From NCBI GenBank assembly GCA_021780105.1, contig JAJXZJ010000060.1:74691-138690 (forward strand): a stretch of 64,000 nt of DNA, in the 5' to 3' direction. Positions 36,802 to 45,566 of the stretch are shown piece after piece; the stretch's first letter is position 1; each line of letters opens with the position of its first letter. This DNA comes from a bacterium (GTDB taxonomy: Bacteria; Verrucomicrobiota; Verrucomicrobiia; Limisphaerales; J093). The notes under the pieces are model-generated. The model ran no database searches. It had not been told where the DNA came from and worked only from the letters and a program-made list of their open reading frames with translations. The position numbers and the translations under genes were made by a program.

Positions 36802-37485
36802 ATGAAATCGAAAATCCTGGTCGTGGACGATGAGCCGGATGCCGTCGAACTGGTTGAATTCAACCTGAAGGGTGCCGGCTTCGACGTGGTGACCGCCGGC
36901 GATGGCGAGGAAGCCTTGAAAAAGGCGCGTTCGTTCGCGCCCGATTTGATTCTGCTCGACCTCATGCTGCCCGAGGTGGACGGCCTTGAAGTCTGTAAAA
37001 TCCTCCGCCGTGACCCGGCGACCTCCGCCGTCCCGATCATCATGCTCACCGCCAAGGCCGCCGAGCTGGACCGGGTGCTCGGGCTTGAACTCGGCGCCGA
37101 CGATTATGTGACCAAGCCGTTCAGCCCGCGCGAACTCGTGCTGCGCGTCAAGAATCTCCTCCGCCGCCGGACCGAGCCGGAGGAGGCCGCCGACCGCGTG
37201 CAGGTGGGCGACCTGCTCATTGACGTGCCGCGGCACGCCGTCAGCGTCAACGGCCGGTCCGTGGACCTGACCGCGACGGAGTTCAAACTGCTCACCGTCC
37301 TCGCCCAGCGCCGCGGCCGTGTGCAGTCGCGCGAGCAGTTGCTGCGCGATGTCTGGCAATACGACAACCTCATCGACACGCGCACGGTGGACACCCACAT
37401 GCGCCGCCTGCGCGAGAAACTGGGCCGGGCCGCGCGGTTCCTCGACACGGTGCGCGGCGTGGGCTACCGCTTTGTCGAGGCGTAG
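36802..37485 (+). CDS. OmpR/PhoB-family response regulator
   Basis: MKSKILVVDDEPD.., ..DLILLDLMLPEVDG.., C-terminal winged-helix ..TATEFKLL..VRGVGYRF. An alternative in-frame GTG lies at 36784. Confidence 0.85.
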   Translation: MKSKILVVDDEPDAVELVEFNLKGAGFDVVTAGDGEEALKKARSFAPDLILLDLMLPEVDGLEVCKILRRDPATSAVPIIMLTAKAAELDRVLGLELGADDYVTKPFSPRELVLRVKNLLRRRTEPEEAADRVQVGDLLIDVPRHAVSVNGRSVDLTATEFKLLTVLAQRRGRVQSREQLLRDVWQYDNLIDTRTVDTHMRRLREKLGRAARFLDTVRGVGYRFVEA

Positions 37486-37503
37486 GCCCGGTTCCGCCGC
37501 ACC

Positions 37504-38688
37504 ATGACGTCCGTCGCTTTCGTCGCCCTGGCCGCGGCGGTGGTGTTTCTCGGCCTGTGGTTGCGCGAAGCCTCGCACCGTCGGGAACTGTCCCGCACGC
37601 TGAACGAGAAGCGCGCTGAGAACACGACGCTTCGCGAGGCCCAGGCCCGCACGGCCGTCGAGGCGAAGGCCCAGCGCGAAACCATCTTCAACAGCATGGG
37701 CGAGGGCGTGCTCCTGCTGGACACCGGCGGCCGCATCCAGCTTGCCAACCGCGCCTTCGAGCGCCTGTTCGGCGTCAACCACGACATCTGCGGCCGCACC
37801 GTGCTCGAGGCCGTGCGGCTCAAGGAACTTCCGGAGCTGATCAACCGCGTCCGGGCGCTCGGCCAGGTGCTGGGCCACGAACTCGTGGTGCCCGGCCTGG
37901 ACCGCCGGTGCCTGCAGGTCAACGCCGCCGCCATCCTCGATGCCGCCGGCCGGCCGCAAGGGATGATTCTCGTCTTCCATGACCTGACCCGGCTCAAGCA
38001 GCTTGAGAACACGCGCCAGGAATTTGTCGCCAACGTCAGCCATGAACTCCGCACCCCGCTCTCGCTCATCAAGGGCTACGTGGAAACCTTGATTGACGGC
38101 GCCAAGAACGACCCCGCCGTCGCGTCGCGGTTCCTGCAAACCATCGCCAAACACACCGACCGGCTGACGTATTTGATCGAGGACCTGCTGACGATTTCCC
38201 AGCTCGAATCGGGCCAGGTGGCGCTCAACCTCCATGCCGTCGAGCTGCGCCCGCTCGCCGGTCGCGTGGCGGAGGATCTCGCCGCCCGCGCCGCCGTCCG
38301 GCAAATCACGTTCGCCAACCAGGTTCCCGCCGGGCTGTCGGCCCGCGCCGATGCCGACCGCGTGCAGCAGGTGCTCTTCAACCTCGTGGACAACGCCATC
38401 AAATACGGCGCCGCCGGCACTGTCGTGACCCTGGGGGGCGGCACCGCCGGCGACGGACAGGTTGCCCTATGGGTTCACAATGACGGCGCCGGCATTCCGC
38501 CGGCGGCGCAGGACCGCATCTTCGAGCGGTTCTACCGCGTGGACAAGGCCCGCTCGCGCGAGCAGGGCGGCACGGGTTTGGGACTGGCGATCGTCAAACA
38601 CATCGTCCAGACGCATGGCGGCGAGGTGCGCGTGGAAGGCGCGCCGGGGCAGGGCGCCACCTTCCGGTTCACGCTGCCGTCGGTTTGA
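37504..38688 (+). CDS. sensor histidine kinase (TM-PAS-HisKA-HATPase_c, PhoR-like)
   Basis: N-terminal TM segment, PAS-like segment, H-box ..VSHELRTPL.., N box ..NLVDNAIKY.., G boxes ..GGTGLGLAIVKHIV.. Confidence 0.85.
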   Translation: MTSVAFVALAAAVVFLGLWLREASHRRELSRTLNEKRAENTTLREAQARTAVEAKAQRETIFNSMGEGVLLLDTGGRIQLANRAFERLFGVNHDICGRTVLEAVRLKELPELINRVRALGQVLGHELVVPGLDRRCLQVNAAAILDAAGRPQGMILVFHDLTRLKQLENTRQEFVANVSHELRTPLSLIKGYVETLIDGAKNDPAVASRFLQTIAKHTDRLTYLIEDLLTISQLESGQVALNLHAVELRPLAGRVAEDLAARAAVRQITFANQVPAGLSARADADRVQQVLFNLVDNAIKYGAAGTVVTLGGGTAGDGQVALWVHNDGAGIPPAAQDRIFERFYRVDKARSREQGGTGLGLAIVKHIVQTHGGEVRVEGAPGQGATFRFTLPSV

Positions 38689-38785
38689 AGCAAAAGTGCC
38701 GCCATTCCGGGGCCGCCCGGCGGACAAGTTTCCCGGTGGCGATTTCTGCCGGCAAATCCCGGCCGCAGCTCCTGTGGATTTTTGG

Positions 38786-38813
38786 TTGAAATGTCCGGCG
38801 GCTTCCCTACGGT
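38786..38813 (+). promoter_or_regulatory. candidate promoter of tRNA-Val
   Basis: TTGAAA 38786-38791, 16-nt spacer, TACGGT 38808-38813, 11 nt upstream of the mature tRNA 5' end. Confidence 0.35.
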
Positions 38814-38824
38814 AACGCGCGGCG

Positions 38825-38899
38825 GCGCGCTTAGCTCAGTGGTAGAGCACTTCCTTCACACGGAAGGGGTCGCAGGTTCGAGCCCTGCAGCGCGCACCA
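38825..38899 (+). tRNA. tRNA-Val (anticodon CAC)
   Basis: Hand-folded cloverleaf: acceptor GCGCGCT/AGCGCGC, D arm GCTC-AGTGGTA-GAGC, anticodon arm CTTCC-TTCACAC-GGAAG, T arm GCAGG-TTCGAGC-CCTGC. CCA is encoded (38897-38899). Confidence 0.9.
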
Positions 38900-38905
38900 T
38901 TCCCC

Positions 38906-41053
38906 TCACTTGGGCGGTTCCGCAAACACCCGGCACGCGATGTCGCCGGTGAACGCCGGCGCCGGCAGGCGCAGCGTGCCGCTGGTGGCGACGCCGGTTT
39001 CCTCGGATACGACGTTGCCCGTGTGCGTGTCGCACCATTGGATGTGAAATGTACCCGGCGGCCAATCCTTGAGCCGCAACGCCGCCCCGCGGACTTCCGC
39101 CGGCGGGCGGTGTTCAACCACGACATGTTGCCACGCGGCGGCATGATCGAACAGCCAGAGCCAGGCGCGGTCGCGCGTCCGCAGGCCCGCGGCTTGCAGG
39201 CTTTCGCCGGTCGTTTCGAGCGCCGCCGGCTGAACGTCGCCGCTGGTCCACGGCACATCAGCAACGAAGGCGCTCAGCGGCCGGTAAAGCGGGTAAACAT
39301 TGTGTTCGTCGAGCCGTTCCCACCACCACGGCTGCGCGGTGCCGGAGGCGCCAGACAGCGCGGAAGCCCAGAGCGCGTTGTGGATGTCCCGCAGGTCGGC
39401 GCTTTGTTGTTGCGCGCTGCGAAGCTGCCATTTCTCGTCGGCAATGCCGAACTCGCCGAGGTGCGCGGGCTTGTTCGGCGCCTGTTCGCGCAGCCAGCGC
39501 GTGCGTTCCAAAACCGCATCCACTTCGTCCCGCAGGCGAGTGGCATCCGACGGCCGCAGGTAAAAATGCGCGTCTGCGAGATCGAGCTGGGGATGGTGAC
39601 AGTCCTTCGCCGACGGTCCCCAGGTGCTCGTGGTGCGCAGGTGATGATAGGGGTCGGCGTGTTCGAGGTAATCGCCCAGTTCGTGGTAAAACCGGTCCGT
39701 GGGCAGGCCGGGGTTCATCTCGTTCCAATATTCCCAGGCCGCGACGCTCGTGTAAGCGCCCCAGCGGGCGACCGCGTAACGCAGGAACTTCTTCGCGTCG
39801 GCAATGGCGCGGTCGTATTCCGCGCTCGCCGGGTCCTTGAGCGCATCCATGTAAAGGTCGCGCTGGAGCAGGCAAAGCTGGAGTTCAAGGCCGCGCGATT
39901 CGGCGGCGTCCAGCAACTGGTCGAGCATGAAACCATCGAGCAGATTGTAAGAACCGCGCTCCGGCCGATTCACGTCGGCTTCCGCCAGCAACTCCGGTCC
40001 GCCGGCAGCTTCCTTGAGCGAAAGGTCCGCGAGCCAGGCGGTGCCACCGTCGGCGCGAAAACGCATCGCCGGCAGCCAGTGCTCGTCGGCGCCGGTGGTA
40101 AATTCCCGGCGAAATTCGGTCCACTTGAGCGGCGCAGATTTCAACTCCGCCGGGCCAACGGAGGCAATTTCCAGGCGCGCGACCGTGTTGGTTTCTGTGC
40201 GGATCAAGCCCGTGACGACGTAGCGCGTGGCGGGCTTCAGTGCCAGCGGTTGTGGCAGGTTGACGTCGAGCGACGCACCGGCCGCCAGCCGCAAACAGCG
40301 GCGGGCCGCGGCGCCGCCGTCGGGCATCGGCACGATCGGCGGATGCCAGTCCCAGGAACGGCCCCACACGCTTTGGCGCGTTTCGATGCCCAGCGCCCAG
40401 TCGTCGCAGCCGGTCCAGATGCGCAGGTAATTCGCGCCATTCGCGGCGAGCCGGCCGAAGATTGCCTCGGCCTTGGAGAGCGTCACGTATTGGCCGCTGC
40501 CGATGAACGCAAGGTTCTGTCCGAGGGCGAAAAACGGCTCGCCGGTCGAGAACTCGAGAAATCGTGGATCGCGTCGGCTGGCACGGAGAAAACCGTGATT
40601 TGCAGAAGGCGTCGCCTCGAAGCTCACCGGCGATGACGACACCGTGCCCGTGTGGTCGCGCAGAACTGCCACGGCCTGGTAACGGCCGGTTTCCATCGGC
40701 GCGAAGCGCGCCTGCCAGCCCGGTTGGCCTGTCGGATACATCCAGTCCTGCACGCGACCGTCGCGGGTCAGCCGTTGCCGTGCGTAAGGCTGGCTCCAGA
40801 AAGCGGGCAGCGTGATCGCCGCACCATGTGGCGGCGTGATTTGGACGGTCAGGTCCACCTCGTCCGGGTCGAACGGGTTGGTGTAATCGCCGGGCGCGAC
40901 GATTTGGAATTCGAGCACCTGAAAACGCCCCATGCTCGCGGCGGCGGGACGCAGTTCGACGCGTTGTTCGGCCGCCAAGACCGAAAGGCACAGCAGCCAC
41001 AGCGCCGTGGCGACGCTTTGTCTGGCAACGATTGGCACAGGCCGGAAACGCAT
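38906..41053 (-). CDS. secreted glycoside-hydrolase-like protein (DUF5060-like N-terminal beta-sandwich + GH5-like barrel)
   Basis: Signal peptide. ..FQVLEFQIVAPGDYTNPFDPDEVDLTVQITPPHG..LPAFW.. resembles DUF5060. ..NYLRIWTG.. and ..WEYWNEMN.. resemble GH5 strand motifs. Call made from memory of the families only. Confidence 0.5.
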   Translation of the reverse strand: MRFRPVPIVARQSVATALWLLCLSVLAAEQRVELRPAAASMGRFQVLEFQIVAPGDYTNPFDPDEVDLTVQITPPHGAAITLPAFWSQPYARQRLTRDGRVQDWMYPTGQPGWQARFAPMETGRYQAVAVLRDHTGTVSSSPVSFEATPSANHGFLRASRRDPRFLEFSTGEPFFALGQNLAFIGSGQYVTLSKAEAIFGRLAANGANYLRIWTGCDDWALGIETRQSVWGRSWDWHPPIVPMPDGGAAARRCLRLAAGASLDVNLPQPLALKPATRYVVTGLIRTETNTVARLEIASVGPAELKSAPLKWTEFRREFTTGADEHWLPAMRFRADGGTAWLADLSLKEAAGGPELLAEADVNRPERGSYNLLDGFMLDQLLDAAESRGLELQLCLLQRDLYMDALKDPASAEYDRAIADAKKFLRYAVARWGAYTSVAAWEYWNEMNPGLPTDRFYHELGDYLEHADPYHHLRTTSTWGPSAKDCHHPQLDLADAHFYLRPSDATRLRDEVDAVLERTRWLREQAPNKPAHLGEFGIADEKWQLRSAQQQSADLRDIHNALWASALSGASGTAQPWWWERLDEHNVYPLYRPLSAFVADVPWTSGDVQPAALETTGESLQAAGLRTRDRAWLWLFDHAAAWQHVVVEHRPPAEVRGAALRLKDWPPGTFHIQWCDTHTGNVVSEETGVATSGTLRLPAPAFTGDIACRVFAEPPK

Positions 41054-41055
41054 AC

Positions 41056-42513
41056 TCAGCCCGCCACGGGTTCACCGGCCGCGGGCGCGGGTGCCGGTTT
41101 GTGATGCAGGCCGGCCATCACCCAGTCGCGCGCCAGCCAGAGGCCGAGGGGCGACAGCATCGCGATGCAGCCGTAAACGAACCACATGGTCCCGGTGTGA
41201 AGCTGAAGCGCCGGCGTGTCGGCCGGACAGAATTTTTCGAGCATGAAGCCGGAATAGAAGCCGGTCGTGCCCTTGGCCAGCAGCCACGGGATTTGGGCCA
41301 GACCCATGTATTGGGCGATGCGGCCCGGCGGCGCCAGCTCGGAGGCGTATTCGAGGAAACGCGCCGACCACAGCGCCTCGCCGATCGAGAACAGGACGAA
41401 GTAGGTGATGAGCAGCGAAAGGCTGGGACCGAAACAGAGCAGAAACGTCGGCACCGCCGAAACCAGCGAGCCGATGACCATCATCTTGTAAACGTTCACG
41501 TGCCGCGTCAGCGCGGTGGTGATGGGCACGCCGAGGAAGATGATCGCCGGGTTGATCCAGTTCACCAGCCATTCCATGTGGTTCGCCACGGCCTGGTCGT
41601 AGGCGCGGAGAATGTAGGACGGCATGGTCAACCATTGGTGGGCGAAGAGCGTCCGCACCGGCAGCAGCATGAAAATGAAGAAAATGAAGCGCCGGTTGCG
41701 GAACGGGCCTTCGGCGAAATAGGTCCGCAAGCGCGCGGCGAGGGGAACGCCGGCGCCGGCGGCGGGCGATTCAACCCGGTCTGGCCGGAGTTTCGCCGCC
41801 TCGGCCCGGCGGGTCATCAACAGCGCGAAGGCGAGGAGCGTGAGCGCCGTGACGCCCACGCACAGCCAGTTCACCGCCTGCACACCGCTGCCAGTGGCCT
41901 TTGCCAGCGGACGCAACAAAGCTTCGCCCGCGTGCTGGCCGGCGACGCCGCGTTGCAGGTCGTTCACCGCCGGCCGCGCCCATGAGGACAACGCGGCCAC
42001 GCCGACGATGCCAAGGTTCATCACGGCGTAAATCAGGCCGTAGCCCATGGAACTGGTTTTCGCGTCGGTGTATTGCTTCACGCCCGAATAGCAGACCGGC
42101 TGCAGGATGGCCTCGGCCATGGCGACAATTACGAGCGAGCCCAGCACCAGCACCACCACGCCGGCGCCGTGGTGCAATGCCGGCGCCAGGCTGTAAAGCG
42201 CGCGGCCCAGCGTGGCGGCCAGCAGCCCGAACAAAATCGCCCGGCGCAAGCCGAACGACTCCGCCACGCTGCCCACGCCGAGCATGAACAGTGTCACCAG
42301 CATGGTGAAAATCGAAACGGTGATGCCGGCCCGTTCATCGCCCCAGCCGAGGTCCGTGGACAGGTAAAGCGTCATCAACGTCAGCACGCCGAAGTAGGCG
42401 CTGGAATCCACGACAAAGGCGCCGACGCTGAACCAGAAGCCGCGCGGCAGCCGGCGGAGGTCCGTGAATGCGGTGAAGAAATTGCGGGCGGCGCCGGGGC
42501 GGAAGCGGGACAT
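41056..42513 (-). CDS. MFS transporter (POT/peptide-transporter-like)
   Basis: ATG 42513 (MSRFRPGAARNFF..); about 12-14 predicted TM segments. The ORF-track extension to 43275 overlaps lplT on the opposite strand and is Arg/Gln-rich. The stop lies 2 nt before the downstream GH-like gene. Confidence 0.7.
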   Translation of the reverse strand: MSRFRPGAARNFFTAFTDLRRLPRGFWFSVGAFVVDSSAYFGVLTLMTLYLSTDLGWGDERAGITVSIFTMLVTLFMLGVGSVAESFGLRRAILFGLLAATLGRALYSLAPALHHGAGVVVLVLGSLVIVAMAEAILQPVCYSGVKQYTDAKTSSMGYGLIYAVMNLGIVGVAALSSWARPAVNDLQRGVAGQHAGEALLRPLAKATGSGVQAVNWLCVGVTALTLLAFALLMTRRAEAAKLRPDRVESPAAGAGVPLAARLRTYFAEGPFRNRRFIFFIFMLLPVRTLFAHQWLTMPSYILRAYDQAVANHMEWLVNWINPAIIFLGVPITTALTRHVNVYKMMVIGSLVSAVPTFLLCFGPSLSLLITYFVLFSIGEALWSARFLEYASELAPPGRIAQYMGLAQIPWLLAKGTTGFYSGFMLEKFCPADTPALQLHTGTMWFVYGCIAMLSPLGLWLARDWVMAGLHHKPAPAPAAGEPVAG

Positions 42514-42765
42514 GGGATCAGGCGAGGGGGAAGGCTGGCGCGGCCAGCGTTGAAAACGGCGAGCGAGCCTTCGTCCGTGGCGCGCGGGCGCCAGCGGATC
42601 GTCCAGCCCATGACCGTGAGGTTCGCATCCTGTGACGGCGGCGAAGCTAGCAAGCCGTGACCGGAACGCAAACGGAAGTTCCGGGTTGGCGGGCGCCGGC
42701 GCGTGGGTGACGTTTGGGCTTGCACCGGGGCGGGTTCGCTGCGCGATACTTCGCCCCGGGTTTTC

Positions 42766-44097
42766 ATGAGCGCGAATCGCAATTATCCGCTCCTTTTGGC
42801 CAGCCAGTTCCTCGGCGCCTTCGGCGACAATGCCATTCTCGCCGTGATTCTGGGCCAACTGACGTTCCAGCAGCGGGCCGGACTGATCTCGCACAGCCAG
42901 TTGGGTGCGGCGAGCGCGGTCTATACCAGCCTGCTGTTCATTCCCTATGTCGTCTTTGCCCCGCTGGCCGGCTATTTGAACGACCGGTTCGCCAAGTCGC
43001 GCTGGCTGTTGGGCGGCAACCTGCTGAAGGTGCTGGGCACCGCGATTGCGCTGGTGGGCGTCTGGCATGGTGGCTACTGGCAGGGAATCGGTTATCTTAT
43101 CGTCGGCATCGGTGGTTGCATGTATTCCCCGGCCAAATACGGCATTCTGCCGGAAATTGTGTCGCACGAGCGGCTGGTCAAGGCCAACGGCACGCTGGAA
43201 TTTTTGACGCTGGTGGCCATCCTCACCGGCTTCATCGGCGGCGCCGAGATGATTGACCGGCTCTCGGTGGTGCATTGCTACGTCATCTTGCTGGGCCTAT
43301 ATGGTGCGGCGGTGGTGCTGAACGCCGGCATGACCTTGACCCCCACGCACCGGCGCGTCCATTTGCGCGGGAGCGTGGACGAGTTCTTCGCCAATTTCGG
43401 CAGCCTGCTCACCGACCCGCGCCTGGCCCGCGTGCTGTGCGGCACCGGCGTGTTTTGGGTCTGCGCGGCGGTGACCAAGATGAACTTCCCGCCTTGGGGT
43501 CTGAACGTGTTGCGACAGCAAAGCAACACGCAGATCGCACTGCTGGGATTGTGGTTGAGCCTGGGCATGATGGTGGGTGCGGTGCTGGCGGGCCAGTTGC
43601 ACCGCGTGGGCGACCTGCGGGGCGTGCGCCCCTACGGCTGGAGCATGGCCGTGCTCGTGGGCCTGCTGGGGCTGGTGGAGCTGCTCACGGGCGCGGGGCT
43701 GCTGAAGATCGAGCCGCTGGACTTCGGCGCGCATCACGCCGGCCGGTTCGAGGCCTGGATTCACGCCGCCGGTCTGGGCGGCGGCCGGTGGAAGGTGGCG
43801 TTCATGCTGATTGGCACGGGCGTGCTCGCCGGCTTGTTCTTGATTCCGCTCAACGCGGCGCTGCAATCCGAATCCGACCAGGGCAAGCTGGGCAAAACCA
43901 TCGCGACGCAGAATTTCGTGGACAACCTGGGTCAGCTCGCCGCCGGCATGATGGTTTACAGCGGCGTGCGGGCCGGGCTGGATGCGTCGGGCATCTTCCT
44001 CTTTCTCAGCGCGGTGCTGGCGCTGGTGGTGACGGTGCTGAAGGTGCCGCCGGCAAGCGCGGCGGGCGACAGCGAATCGCTCGACCCGGATTTGTGA
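42766..44097 (+). CDS. lplT: lysophospholipid transporter LplT (MFS)
   Basis: ATG 42766. N-terminus ..LLLASQFLGAFGDNAILAVILG.. matches the LplT signature (E. coli has ..AQFLSAFGDNALL..). 12-TM MFS, in the same operon as aas. Confidence 0.75.
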   Translation: MSANRNYPLLLASQFLGAFGDNAILAVILGQLTFQQRAGLISHSQLGAASAVYTSLLFIPYVVFAPLAGYLNDRFAKSRWLLGGNLLKVLGTAIALVGVWHGGYWQGIGYLIVGIGGCMYSPAKYGILPEIVSHERLVKANGTLEFLTLVAILTGFIGGAEMIDRLSVVHCYVILLGLYGAAVVLNAGMTLTPTHRRVHLRGSVDEFFANFGSLLTDPRLARVLCGTGVFWVCAAVTKMNFPPWGLNVLRQQSNTQIALLGLWLSLGMMVGAVLAGQLHRVGDLRGVRPYGWSMAVLVGLLGLVELLTGAGLLKIEPLDFGAHHAGRFEAWIHAAGLGGGRWKVAFMLIGTGVLAGLFLIPLNAALQSESDQGKLGKTIATQNFVDNLGQLAAGMMVYSGVRAGLDASGIFLFLSAVLALVVTVLKVPPASAAGDSESLDPDL

Positions 44098-45566
44098 ACG
44101 CCAACGTCTCAAGCCAGTCAGCGCGGCCGCTCGGGCTGGGCAAAGCGGTGCTGGTGGCCGCGCTGTCCGCGGGGACGTTTCATCTGGCGTTTGCGTACGC
44201 GTCGTGGAGTTGGTTGGTGCTGGTCTTCCTCGGTGGCCTGTTCGCGTTGCGACGCCTCAGCACGCCGCGCAAGGCGTTTTACGCCGCGCTGGCCGTGGGG
44301 ATGGGTATTTACGGTCCACAACTGGCGTTCTTCTGGCGCATTTTCGGGCCGGTGGCGATTGTGCTCTGGCTGGTATTGGCTTTCTGGCTGGCGGCATTTG
44401 TGCTGGTGCTGCATCACGTCCAACGCCGCTGGGGAACAAAGTGGGCCGTAGTCCTCGCGCCGGTGGTCTGGCTTGGTTTGGAATTTTTCCGCAGCGAGCT
44501 TTACTACCTCCGCTTCGCGTGGTTCACGGCGGGAAGCGTTTTGCCGGTGTGGCTTTCGGAGCCATTGCTCTCCCAATTGGGTGTCTATGGTTGCGGCGCG
44601 CTGGTGATGATCGTTGCCGCCACGATGACTGCTTTGCTCGAAGAATCTCCCCGATATCCGCAGCCTGCATTTATCCGTTATTTGATCATTGCTGCGGTTG
44701 GGTACTGCTTGCTAGCGGGTTTTTTGTTCGTCCATGCGGCAATTACATTTGCTGGTAGCGGCCCAGTCACTCGCATTCCAGTCGCCGGTCTGCAAATGGA
44801 ATTCGCCGGTCCGACGGAAATCCTCGATCGTCTCCGCCAACTCGCCAAGGAGCATCCCAAAGCCGAACTCGTTGTTCTCAGTGAGTATGCTTTCGGGGTG
44901 CCCGTGCCGGACGACATCAAGTCCTGGTGTCGTGAGAATCACCGCTGGCTGGTTGCTGGCGGCAAGGAACCACTACTGAATGGTAATTATTACGACACCG
45001 CCTACGTCGTCGGCACGAACGGCAACGTCGTGTTCCAGCAGGCCAAGGCGGTGCCGGTCCAGATGTTCAAGGACGGCCTGCCGGCGCCGGGGCAACATGT
45101 CTGGGCTTCGCCGTGGGGCAAGATTGGTCTCTGTATTTGCTATGACCTGAATTACTCGCGGGTGGTGGACCGCTTGATTCGCCAAGACGCGCGGGCGCTG
45201 ATCGTGCCGACGATGGACCTGGAATCGTGGGGCGTTTACGAACACCAGCTCGCCGCGCGGTTGACGGCCATCCGCTCGGCCGAATACGGCGTGCCGATCC
45301 TGCGCCTGGCGAGTTCGGGAATTTCACAGCTTGTCGCCGATAACGGTAACGTGCTGGTGCATACCTCGGTTCCTGGTCCCGGCGAAGTCTTGGCCGGCAA
45401 CTTGTCGTGGCTCGGTTTTTCAAGGCCACACCTGCCGTTGGATCGTTACCTGGCGCCCGTTTGCGTCGCCGCCACAGCGGTTCTCATTTTTGCCCTGTTC
45501 TTCCTCCACTGGCGTGACCGCCGGCAGCGTTGCTCATCCGCCAACCTTCAACCCGCCTCGCCGTGA
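44094..45566 (+). CDS. lnt: apolipoprotein N-acyltransferase-like protein (polytopic N-terminus + CN-hydrolase domain)
   Basis: GTG 44094 overlaps the lplT stop (GTGA). Several N-terminal TM segments. Candidate CN-hydrolase triad: E in ..LVVLSEYAF.., K in ..QQAKAVPVQMF.., C in ..IGLCICYDLNY.. C-terminal TM segment. Confidence 0.65.
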   Translation: MNANVSSQSARPLGLGKAVLVAALSAGTFHLAFAYASWSWLVLVFLGGLFALRRLSTPRKAFYAALAVGMGIYGPQLAFFWRIFGPVAIVLWLVLAFWLAAFVLVLHHVQRRWGTKWAVVLAPVVWLGLEFFRSELYYLRFAWFTAGSVLPVWLSEPLLSQLGVYGCGALVMIVAATMTALLEESPRYPQPAFIRYLIIAAVGYCLLAGFLFVHAAITFAGSGPVTRIPVAGLQMEFAGPTEILDRLRQLAKEHPKAELVVLSEYAFGVPVPDDIKSWCRENHRWLVAGGKEPLLNGNYYDTAYVVGTNGNVVFQQAKAVPVQMFKDGLPAPGQHVWASPWGKIGLCICYDLNYSRVVDRLIRQDARALIVPTMDLESWGVYEHQLAARLTAIRSAEYGVPILRLASSGISQLVADNGNVLVHTSVPGPGEVLAGNLSWLGFSRPHLPLDRYLAPVCVAATAVLIFALFFLHWRDRRQRCSSANLQPASP

